From positions 1 through 49,941 of the forward strand of contig CAZBQC010000002.1 of assembly GCA_964494015.1 (NCBI GenBank): a DNA stretch of 49,941 nt. The letters run 5' to 3'. Shown one piece after another: positions 17,571 through 25,617 of this stretch (positions within the stretch are counted from its first letter, which is position 1; each line of letters begins with the position of its first letter). The notes below the pieces were generated by a model that saw only the letters and a program-made list of their open reading frames with translations, had not been told where the DNA came from and did no database searches. Origin of the DNA: an uncultured Muribaculaceae bacterium. GTDB lineage: Bacteria > Bacillota_I > Bacilli_A > RF39 > UBA660. The position numbers and the translations under genes were made by a program.

Positions 17571-18781
17571 TGAAAGGAGCATGTTGGTTGAACGCATATG
17601 TAAATAATGAAGTAGTAGTTGTAAACAACATCTTTGAAAATAAATTATTTATTTATAATAGAATTAAGCGAATAGATTATGATATAAACGAAGATACTTT
17701 TGATATTATCATGGATATAAAAAAGAACAATTATGAATTGGAACAATTAAAACAGAAATATGGAGAATATTTTATAAATCAATTGTTTGATTTGGAAATA
17801 TTGACACTAACACCTCAAAGTAATTCAATAAATGTTAAAAAAGTTGATAAACAGAATAATGTAAGAATTTTTGCTGAATTAACAGATAAATGTAATTTAA
17901 AATGCAAGCATTGTTATGGATCGTTTGGATATAAAAATAGTAATGAATTGGATTTAGAAGATTTAAAGTTATTAGTTGATAACGCAGCATTAAATGGTGT
18001 ATATCAATTTGATTTGACTGGCGGTGAGCCATTTATATATCCATGTATTGAAGAGTTACTTTGCCACTTATATAATGCTGGAATGTTAGTAAGAATTTTT
18101 ACTAACCTAACCATTTTCGGTAAAAAACAGTTAGATATGATTCTAAAATACGGAGTAAAAAATATTATTACAAGCATAGATTCTTCAAGAAAAAGAATTC
18201 ACGAGGAATTTAGAGGACAAATAGGGTGTTTTGATAAAACAGTCAATTCCATAAATATTTTAAAAGAAAATAATGTGGATGTAACTATTAATACAATGAT
18301 AGGAAATCATAATAAGGATCATGTTGACGAAATTGTAAAGTTCATTGAAGAAATGGAAGTTAAAAGTGTATTAGATGTTATTGTACCCGAAGGTAGGGCA
18401 ATCGCATTAAATGAAGATACATTTGAATCTGCTAATATAATAAAGAATATTTATAGAAATCATTATAGTATTATTGATCCTAATGCAATTTCAATTAATT
18501 GTGGAATAGGAGATCGCTTTGTTTATTTAAAATCTGATGGAAATATATATATTTGTCCAAGTTTAATTTCCAAGGAATACAAAATAGGCAGTATAAAGGA
18601 TTTTGACACTAATGAAATTTGGAGGAAATTATCAAATAAATTTGGGTATTTATGTTGTAAAAAATACAAAATAGAATGTGGTAAATGTAAAGGTGGATGT
18701 AGAGCAAGAGCCCTAAAATTAAATGGAAACATTAATCAAAAAGATGATATTTATTGCATTGTTAATGAGATTGAGAGTTAA
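17570..18781 (+). CDS. Radical SAM/SPASM peptide-modifying enzyme with an N-terminal PqqD/RRE-like extension
   Basis: CNLKCKHCYG (CxxxCxxC), LTGGEPF, and a C-terminal SPASM-type Cys cluster (CGIGDRFVYLKSDGNIYICPS ... CCKKYKIECGKCKGGCRARA ... DIYC). About 95 aa precede the rSAM motif. The likely true start is the in-frame TTG at 17588, 9 nt after AAAGGAG. Confidence 0.8.
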   Translation: MKGACWLNAYVNNEVVVVNNIFENKLFIYNRIKRIDYDINEDTFDIIMDIKKNNYELEQLKQKYGEYFINQLFDLEILTLTPQSNSINVKKVDKQNNVRIFAELTDKCNLKCKHCYGSFGYKNSNELDLEDLKLLVDNAALNGVYQFDLTGGEPFIYPCIEELLCHLYNAGMLVRIFTNLTIFGKKQLDMILKYGVKNIITSIDSSRKRIHEEFRGQIGCFDKTVNSINILKENNVDVTINTMIGNHNKDHVDEIVKFIEEMEVKSVLDVIVPEGRAIALNEDTFESANIIKNIYRNHYSIIDPNAISINCGIGDRFVYLKSDGNIYICPSLISKEYKIGSIKDFDTNEIWRKLSNKFGYLCCKKYKIECGKCKGGCRARALKLNGNINQKDDIYCIVNEIES

Positions 18782-18782
18782 T

Positions 18783-19601
18783 ATGAAGAAATATTTAGGA
18801 ACGGAAAATGCAACATTGGAGTTAAAATTTTTTAATATAAGTAAATATTCGCAATTTTTTAAAAAAAATATAGATTTTATAATATCACAAAATTTTCAGA
18901 GAATAATTTTATATATATCTGATAGTGAAATTGAAATGCTTATTTCAGAAATTAAAGACTTTTTCAATGATACAAATATATTAATAATAATTTATAGTTA
19001 TTTTAAAGAATATAAAGAATTTTCCCTACCAGACAATGTTATATTGGTTAATGAAAATGAAGAAGTTTATGTTGTCGCAAATAAAATATTTAATAGTATT
19101 AAGTTAAATAAAAAATCAGTAGATGCCATTATCCGGTATGTAAAAGATAATAATAATATTATTATTGATGTTACGCCAAATATAAATCACATATCTGAAT
19201 TTAATGAATTGATAACTACTTTAATGACGCACTTGGATGGGATAGCTATTAATTTTTCTGGTTTGATAATTCCTAGTTTCTTGATAAGAGAACATCCCTG
19301 TAATGCTTATTTATGCGATGGTTGGAAGTGTGGTCTACAAATAAGTTGCTTGCCAAAACATATATTAATAGACGATGATTTTAATGTATATCCACATGAT
19401 TTAGTTTATTCGAAATTAAAAATTGGTAATGTAACATCAAATAAATTACAAAATGTATTAGAATCATATCTTGTTTCTGAAGAGTATAAAAATTTTCAGA
19501 TATATAACAAAAATGTATTCATAAAAAAATTAGCAAATTATCCTTTTGATTATATGCCCTTACTGGAATATATAAGATCAGAGGCAGAAAATGATAAGTA
19601 G
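18783..19601 (+). CDS. Radical-SAM-like accessory protein lacking the CxxxCxxC motif but keeping a Cys-rich SPASM/twitch-like segment
   Basis: 272 aa from the ATG at 18783, 1 nt after the previous stop. No CxxxCxxC anywhere. The C-terminal third has HPCNAYLCDGWKCGLQISCLPKHILIDDDFNVYPHD...KIGNV, which resembles the auxiliary-cluster region of SPASM enzymes. Confidence 0.45.
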   Translation: MKKYLGTENATLELKFFNISKYSQFFKKNIDFIISQNFQRIILYISDSEIEMLISEIKDFFNDTNILIIIYSYFKEYKEFSLPDNVILVNENEEVYVVANKIFNSIKLNKKSVDAIIRYVKDNNNIIIDVTPNINHISEFNELITTLMTHLDGIAINFSGLIIPSFLIREHPCNAYLCDGWKCGLQISCLPKHILIDDDFNVYPHDLVYSKLKIGNVTSNKLQNVLESYLVSEEYKNFQIYNKNVFIKKLANYPFDYMPLLEYIRSEAENDK

Positions 19602-20499
19602 AGCAAATATTATTTTAACTCACAATTGTAATTTGAGATGTTTACATTGTTATATAGATGCTAAAACCAGTAGTGAAAATCAAGAAGAAATTTTAACTAG
19701 AACAAAAAAAATTATTTATCAATTATATAAAGATAATGTTAAAAGTATAATGTTTACTGGTGGGGAATGTATGTTATTTAGGCCACTACTAGAACTAATT
19801 AGGTATGCTAAAAATTATCAAATGTCAGTAACGATTTTTACAAATGGAATGATATTTAATAAAGAAATTTTTGATTTAGTTGATGCCGTAAACATTAGTT
19901 TAGACGGAACAAAAGAAATTCATAATTATATTAGACAAAATAATTATTCTTATGATAATGTAGTTAAAGTTTTGGATTATTTAAAAAAAATCGATAAATA
20001 TACTACTATTCAAATGACGATAAATAACTTGAATGTTAATGATTTGGATTTTTTATCTCCGTTATTAATGCAGCACTTAAATGTTAGAACAGTGAAATTA
20101 GTTTTTATATCATCAGATGGTAGAGCAATAGAAAATAATTTAGTACATGAACATACACATATTGATAAAATATATGATAAAATTGATACTCTTTATGAAG
20201 CCACGAAATATCATATTCAATTTGTTCCAAGTATTATTAATAAATATGATTTTGAAAATTATTATGTAAGTGGAGTATTGGATTTTGCTCTATGGATAGA
20301 TGTTCCGGAAAATACTTATTATTTTATAAGTAATAAATATATGCCTAGTCATACATTGGATGATTTTAATATACAAGAAGCAAATAGATGCAATAACAAA
20401 ATTAAACAAATTATCTCAGATAGCAAATCTTTAATAATTAAAGATGAGTATATTAATTTGGAAAAAACACTTTCTGAATTAATTAAGGGAGAATTATAA
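19591..20499 (+). CDS. Radical SAM enzyme (core domain only, no SPASM Cys cluster)
   Basis: THNCNLRCLHCY and FTGGECMLF. Only one further Cys occurs in the C-terminal 200 aa. It overlaps the previous gene by 11 nt. Confidence 0.75.
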   Translation: MISRANIILTHNCNLRCLHCYIDAKTSSENQEEILTRTKKIIYQLYKDNVKSIMFTGGECMLFRPLLELIRYAKNYQMSVTIFTNGMIFNKEIFDLVDAVNISLDGTKEIHNYIRQNNYSYDNVVKVLDYLKKIDKYTTIQMTINNLNVNDLDFLSPLLMQHLNVRTVKLVFISSDGRAIENNLVHEHTHIDKIYDKIDTLYEATKYHIQFVPSIINKYDFENYYVSGVLDFALWIDVPENTYYFISNKYMPSHTLDDFNIQEANRCNNKIKQIISDSKSLIIKDEYINLEKTLSELIKGEL

Positions 20500-22442
20500 T
20501 GAATGAAAAGCCAGTAATGACATTAGGAATATTCGCTCATGCGAATGCCGGAAAAACTACTATAACAGAGCAATTATTGTATCATACCAATGTAAAAAAG
20601 ACTCGTGGCAGAGTAGACAATGGTGACACTACAACAGATAATTTAAAAGTAGAGCGTGAAAGAGGTGTATCAGTCAGAGCTTCTTTAGTGACTTTATCTT
20701 TGAGTGATAGGAAAGTACAATTAATTGATACTCCAGGACATGTAGATTTTTCTGCTGAAGTAGAAAGAGCAATCAGTGTACTTGATGGTGCAATTTTAGT
20801 AGTATCGGGTGTTGAAGGTGTTGAATCACAAACACAAGTGATATGGAAAATATTAATGGAAAGGAATATTCCAACATTAATATTTATTAATAAAATGGAT
20901 AGAGTGGGTGCTGATTATGATAGAGTAATTGCTGAAATGAAAGCTAAATTAAGTACCAATATACTTCCTATAGTTAAAGTAAAAAAAGAACAGGATGGTA
21001 CGCTTTCATATAAAGATGTGAAAATTGAAAATATAATAGAAGATATAGCAAGTTATGATGATAATATTTTAGAAAGATATTTGAACGATGAAAAAATATC
21101 AAGAGAATGGTTAGAAGAGCAAGTCAAAAGAATGGCACAAACTGGATTATTATATTTAGTTTATGGTGGAAGTGCATTGCTAGATGAAGGTATGTATCAT
21201 TTAATTAATGGAATATCATCCTATTTACCTGTAGCATCAAAATCAAAATCGTCAGATTTTACTGGGTATATATATACAGTAAAAAGAGATGCTGGAGTTC
21301 GAGAGTTATATGTAAAAGTATTAGAAGGTGAATTAGAAAACAGATATGAGTTTATCACTGATCATGGTTTAAAACAAAAAGTTAGAACAATAACAAAACT
21401 AGAAGGAACGAAACGAACAAGAAGCGAAAGATTAGAAACCGGAGAGATAGGTATTATTACTGGACTTGATGCAAAATGTGGAGATCTTATTGGTAAACCA
21501 ATTCCTAATTTTAAACCTTTTTCATTTGTTAATCCATTATTTCATACTTCTATAACTACTAATAGCAATAGATTACATGAGTTGGTAACTGCTCTTGAAA
21601 TATTAAACGATGAAGATCCATCATTGAATTTACAATACAATAATAATACTGGACAAATTAGCATTGATTTAATGGGAAATTTGCAATCAGAGATAATTGC
21701 AAATATAATAAAGGATAGGTTTCAAATTGATGCAGTATTTTCTGATCCAATAATAATTCATCGTGAAACTCCAATATCTATTGGAAAAGGTGAATGTACT
21801 TTTGATAGGGTATCAGCAGTTGAATTTGAAATTCAGCCTTTACCAATTGGAAGTGGATTACATTACTCATCAAAAATTTCAACCGACTATTTGTTTGCAA
21901 AATACCAAAAACAAATTGAAAAGTTAATAAGAAGTTATTTAAAACAAGGTTTGTATGGTTGGGAAGTTACTGATGCAATGATAACATTAATAGGTGGTAA
22001 GAGCGACTCTGTTTGTTCAGATCCATCACACTTTAATGTGATTGTTCCTCTTGCTTTTATGAGAGCCTTAAAAAATGCTGAAATGCAATTAGAAGAACCA
22101 ATGATGAAATATGAAATAACTGTACCAAACGAAAATATTAGACAAGTATTATCTTCCGTTTCATCATTAGGAGTTAAATATGAAAAAATAATAACTTTAT
22201 CTGAAAACTCCATAATTCCAGGTAATGCACCATTGTCCAGTATAATTGATTTACCGACAATAATAACTAGATTAACCGGTGGTCATGGCAGTTTAATAAA
22301 GAAACCAAATGGTTATCAACCACGTCCAAATATAGATTTGATTGAAAAGAAAGTTATTGGTAGAGATCCAAGAAATGAAATATTATTTTTAATGGATATG
22401 GGGTGCAGTATGGAACATATTGATAGGTCGAAAAGGAAATAA
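20499..22442 (+). CDS. Translational GTPase of the Tet(M)/Tet(O) ribosomal-protection / EF-G-like family
   Basis: 647 aa, which is ribosomal-protection-protein length and shorter than EF-G. G1 AHANAGKTT, G2-region GRVDNGDTTTDNLKVERERGVS (compare Tet(M) [22 protein letters not shown], recalled from memory), G3 DTPGHVDF, G4 NKMDR. The start ATG overlaps the preceding stop (TAATG). Confidence 0.75.
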   Translation: MNEKPVMTLGIFAHANAGKTTITEQLLYHTNVKKTRGRVDNGDTTTDNLKVERERGVSVRASLVTLSLSDRKVQLIDTPGHVDFSAEVERAISVLDGAILVVSGVEGVESQTQVIWKILMERNIPTLIFINKMDRVGADYDRVIAEMKAKLSTNILPIVKVKKEQDGTLSYKDVKIENIIEDIASYDDNILERYLNDEKISREWLEEQVKRMAQTGLLYLVYGGSALLDEGMYHLINGISSYLPVASKSKSSDFTGYIYTVKRDAGVRELYVKVLEGELENRYEFITDHGLKQKVRTITKLEGTKRTRSERLETGEIGIITGLDAKCGDLIGKPIPNFKPFSFVNPLFHTSITTNSNRLHELVTALEILNDEDPSLNLQYNNNTGQISIDLMGNLQSEIIANIIKDRFQIDAVFSDPIIIHRETPISIGKGECTFDRVSAVEFEIQPLPIGSGLHYSSKISTDYLFAKYQKQIEKLIRSYLKQGLYGWEVTDAMITLIGGKSDSVCSDPSHFNVIVPLAFMRALKNAEMQLEEPMMKYEITVPNENIRQVLSSVSSLGVKYEKIITLSENSIIPGNAPLSSIIDLPTIITRLTGGHGSLIKKPNGYQPRPNIDLIEKKVIGRDPRNEILFLMDMGCSMEHIDRSKRK

Positions 22443-22451
22443 AGTGTTAAT

Positions 22452-23579
22452 ATGATAGATATAAGATTAAAAAAAATGGCCGAATCAATTATTAAATATT
22501 CACTTAATATAAGACCAGGGGAAAAAGTTTTAATTGATTCCAGTAAAAATTGTAGTGAAATGATTAAATATTTAATTGAATTAATTGCAAATAATGGTGC
22601 AATTCCATTAGTAATTATTAAAGAAAATGATATTCAAAGAAGCTTAATAATGAACGGTAGTCAAGAACAGTTTGAAATTATGAGGAAGCACGAACAAATG
22701 TTACTAGAGTGTGTTGATGTATATATTAATATGATGGATTCGGATAATTGTTATGATATGTCTGATATTCCAAGTGATAAACGGTCACTATATCAGCAAT
22801 ATTATTTCAAGCCAATTAATTTTGAAGTAATTATGCCAAAACTTAGATGGATAACTGTAGACTATCCATCCGTGTCATCAGCACAACAATTTGGCATGAG
22901 TACAGAAGCATATGAAAAATATTTCTTTGATGCTGTCAATACAGATTATAAAGAGTTACATACCGCAATGATACCTTTAAAAAACATACTTGATAAGGGA
23001 AGGCATGTTCAAATAACATCTCCAGATACAACAAATTTATCTTTTGATATAACCGAATTTAAAGCTGTGATTTGTAGTGGTAAAATAAATATTCCTGATG
23101 GAGAGGTGTTTATTGCTCCAGATTTAAAATCATTAAATGGAACAATTAAATTTAATGTTCCATCTCGTTACTCTGGAAAGCAATTCTCGAACATTTTTCT
23201 TACATTTGAGAATGGTAAAGTAATTAGTCATAATTCAGATACGAATAGTTCTTCACTAACCTCTTTATTGGATATTTCTGAAGGCAATAGATATGTTGGA
23301 GAATTTGCTATAGGAACAAACCCAAACATTGATACACCAAGGACAAACATTTTATTTGATGAAAAAATATTAGGCTCTATTCATTTAGCCTTAGGAAATA
23401 GTCATAGTTTAAGTGACAACGGAAATGTTGGATCAATTCATTGGGATATGGTTAAAATGTTAACTCCTGAATATGGCGGTGGAAGTGTTATTATTGATGA
23501 TCGATTGATTCAAGAAAATGGAATATTTATTCCAGAAGAATTAAAGTCCCTACATTCTAAAAAATTAGTTAGGAAATAA
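22452..23579 (+). CDS. M29-family aminopeptidase (AmpS/PepS-like)
   Basis: IKYSLNIRPGEKVLI, INIPDGEVFIAP, GEFAIGTN, IHLALGNS and IHWDMV follow the thermophilic-metalloprotease M29 motif order. Confidence 0.75.
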   Translation: MIDIRLKKMAESIIKYSLNIRPGEKVLIDSSKNCSEMIKYLIELIANNGAIPLVIIKENDIQRSLIMNGSQEQFEIMRKHEQMLLECVDVYINMMDSDNCYDMSDIPSDKRSLYQQYYFKPINFEVIMPKLRWITVDYPSVSSAQQFGMSTEAYEKYFFDAVNTDYKELHTAMIPLKNILDKGRHVQITSPDTTNLSFDITEFKAVICSGKINIPDGEVFIAPDLKSLNGTIKFNVPSRYSGKQFSNIFLTFENGKVISHNSDTNSSSLTSLLDISEGNRYVGEFAIGTNPNIDTPRTNILFDEKILGSIHLALGNSHSLSDNGNVGSIHWDMVKMLTPEYGGGSVIIDDRLIQENGIFIPEELKSLHSKKLVRK

Positions 23580-23629
23580 TGGTAAAAGAGTAGAATCAAA
23601 AAATTAAATTATAAAAGGAGGTAATTTGA

Positions 23630-24103
23630 ATGGAATTAGTTCAAATTAAACAAAAAGATTTAGAAATATTAGAAAGGTTATTGCAGTTATATTTACACGA
23701 CATTAGTAAATATTTTCCAATAGAATTTGAGGAAAATACAGGGTTATATCTGTATGATGGTTTAGACAAATATTTTGATGGTTCAAAAAATTATGCTTAT
23801 TTTATAAAATTAGAAAAAAAAATAGCCGGCTTTATTTTGGTTGATTCTAATGAAAATGAAAAAATTATTCAAGAAATGTTTGTTTTAAATCATCATAAAA
23901 ACAAAGGTATTGGTAAATTAGCTGTTTGCAAAGTGTTAGAGAATAGTAAAGGTAATTGGATTATAAAGTCCTTACCGAATTCTGAACCTGCTGAAAGATT
24001 TTGGGATAGAACAATAAAAGAATATACTAATAATAGTTATCATGTTGAACATGTTGGTAGATATAATAGAGCTGTTTTTACTTTTAATAATAGTGATAAA
24101 TAA
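23630..24103 (+). CDS. GNAT-family N-acetyltransferase
   Basis: 157 aa. Acetyl-CoA-binding region QEMFVLNHHKNKGIGKLAV and C-terminal AERFWDRTIKEY. Strong RBS AAGGAGG. Confidence 0.7.
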   Translation: MELVQIKQKDLEILERLLQLYLHDISKYFPIEFEENTGLYLYDGLDKYFDGSKNYAYFIKLEKKIAGFILVDSNENEKIIQEMFVLNHHKNKGIGKLAVCKVLENSKGNWIIKSLPNSEPAERFWDRTIKEYTNNSYHVEHVGRYNRAVFTFNNSDK

Positions 24104-24104
24104 T

Positions 24105-25295
24105 ATGGAAGTATATTTAAGAAGAAAGAGTGAGGAATTAGAGTTTTTGTCTGGTTTTATAGATAATGAATTTCAGCATGCTCGTTTGATTGCACCAGCC
24201 AATGTTATATCAGTAAAAGAGCAAATAACTAAAGAGATTAGAAATAAAAACAGTATAAAATACTATCATGAATTAACAAATAAAACTAAAATTGGATTCA
24301 ATGATATATTTGAATACAACTATACATATGAACGATTTAATGGTTTTATAAAAATTCCATATTTTGCGAATGATTTTTATCATATAGAAAAAAATGTTAT
24401 CACAGAAACTTATTTTTCTAATTGTGGTATGAGTTCCATAGTTTCGCTTTTATCATCAATAATTTCCGCAAATGATTGTAGTGTGGACTTAATGTATGAG
24501 GAAACTTACTTTGAAACAATAAAGTTTCTTAGTTCGATAATAAAAGTAAAAAATCAAGATTTTTTTCTTTATATTGATTCAATAGCAAGTAATTTTAGCT
24601 TTCTTGATGATTTTAATTCTGATAATTATCTTGGAGTAATTATTGATACAACTTGTTTTGTTGGTGAAGATTATAAAAAAATGATAAACTATATAATATC
24701 GACAGGAACACCATGTGTTTTAGTACGTAGTCATACTAAAATAGATTTACTTGCAACAGAATACTCACATATTGGATCCGTTTCATTTATTTATCCGAAA
24801 ATTGAAAATAATAAAACAAAGAGAGTAAAAAAAGTTGAAACTGATTGTAAACATTTAATAGGTGTTTTTGGAGCTTGTTTACCTCCAGAAAAGTTTCCAA
24901 CTTTTATATTAAATAATAAAATAAAAACATTAAATAATAACAGAATAAAAATTGTTAATGAAAACAATAGTTTATTCTTTTCTATTTTGAAAGATTATAA
25001 AATTAATGTGATTTTACCGAATCATAGGCAATTCTGCTTGATATATTTAAAAACCATTTCAGGTACATTAGAGGATTTAAAACAGAAAATATATAATTTT
25101 TGCAAAGAAAATGAGAAGGAATTTCTAACTTACTCAGCTGTAAGTTTTGGTTTTGATTATATTTCCATTGACTGTTATCAAAATTTTGTGGATTCAACAT
25201 TTAAAATTAGGGTATGTATAAATGATTTTCCAAAATTAGTTATAGAAAGCTTCGCTTACAAATTTATTGAATTTTTAAAAATAATTGATGACTAA
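24105..25295 (+). CDS. Hypothetical protein; possibly a divergent fold-type I PLP enzyme (Cys/Met-metabolism family-like)
   Basis: ATG 1 nt after the GNAT stop. The order of FSNCGMSSIVSLL, YEETY, VIIDTTCF and VLVRSHTKIDL parallels the SSGmaAi / Y.gT / vDnTfatP / hSaTKyl motifs of cystathionine synthase/lyase-type enzymes. Weak similarity judged by eye only. Confidence 0.35.
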   Translation: MEVYLRRKSEELEFLSGFIDNEFQHARLIAPANVISVKEQITKEIRNKNSIKYYHELTNKTKIGFNDIFEYNYTYERFNGFIKIPYFANDFYHIEKNVITETYFSNCGMSSIVSLLSSIISANDCSVDLMYEETYFETIKFLSSIIKVKNQDFFLYIDSIASNFSFLDDFNSDNYLGVIIDTTCFVGEDYKKMINYIISTGTPCVLVRSHTKIDLLATEYSHIGSVSFIYPKIENNKTKRVKKVETDCKHLIGVFGACLPPEKFPTFILNNKIKTLNNNRIKIVNENNSLFFSILKDYKINVILPNHRQFCLIYLKTISGTLEDLKQKIYNFCKENEKEFLTYSAVSFGFDYISIDCYQNFVDSTFKIRVCINDFPKLVIESFAYKFIEFLKIIDD

Positions 25296-25504
25296 TATTA
25301 GAATACAGTTAAAAGAGTATGAATTTGATTAATCTATATTGAAAAGAAATTATTATAAACAAAAGGCTTGTTCAAATATTTTAAATTTTCACTATAGTTA
25401 CGACTGAAAGTAATGAATATTTAAATAATATTTGAAAATTCGTAATAGTTAGTTTTAATGAAAATACATACTAAGGTGAGGTGGTATCACAATATTTTTA
25501 ACTA

Positions 25505-25513
25505 TGATATAAT
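25505..25513 (+). promoter_or_regulatory. Extended -10 element TGATATAAT upstream of the MoaA-like gene
   Basis: Same 9-mer as at 75-83, 1936-1944, 7746-7754, 14939-14947 and 16024-16032. It lies ~105 nt upstream of the ATG at 25618. Confidence 0.4.
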
Positions 25514-25617
25514 ATAAGCTACTAATAAAATTTCTTATTAGGGAACATTAGATAAATGTCTAAAAAATAAATTAATTGAAAGATTGTTGGAATATATATA
25601 ATTAAGGAGTTCTTAAA

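Noticed and set aside
25458-25517. 19-aa sORF (MKIHTKVRWYHNIFNYDII) between operon 1 and the MoaA-like gene, considered as a second precursor.
   Set aside because: It has no RBS, no Cys, and no similarity to either precursor candidate. Its 3' end is the TGATATAAT promoter element, so it is most likely a chance ORF.
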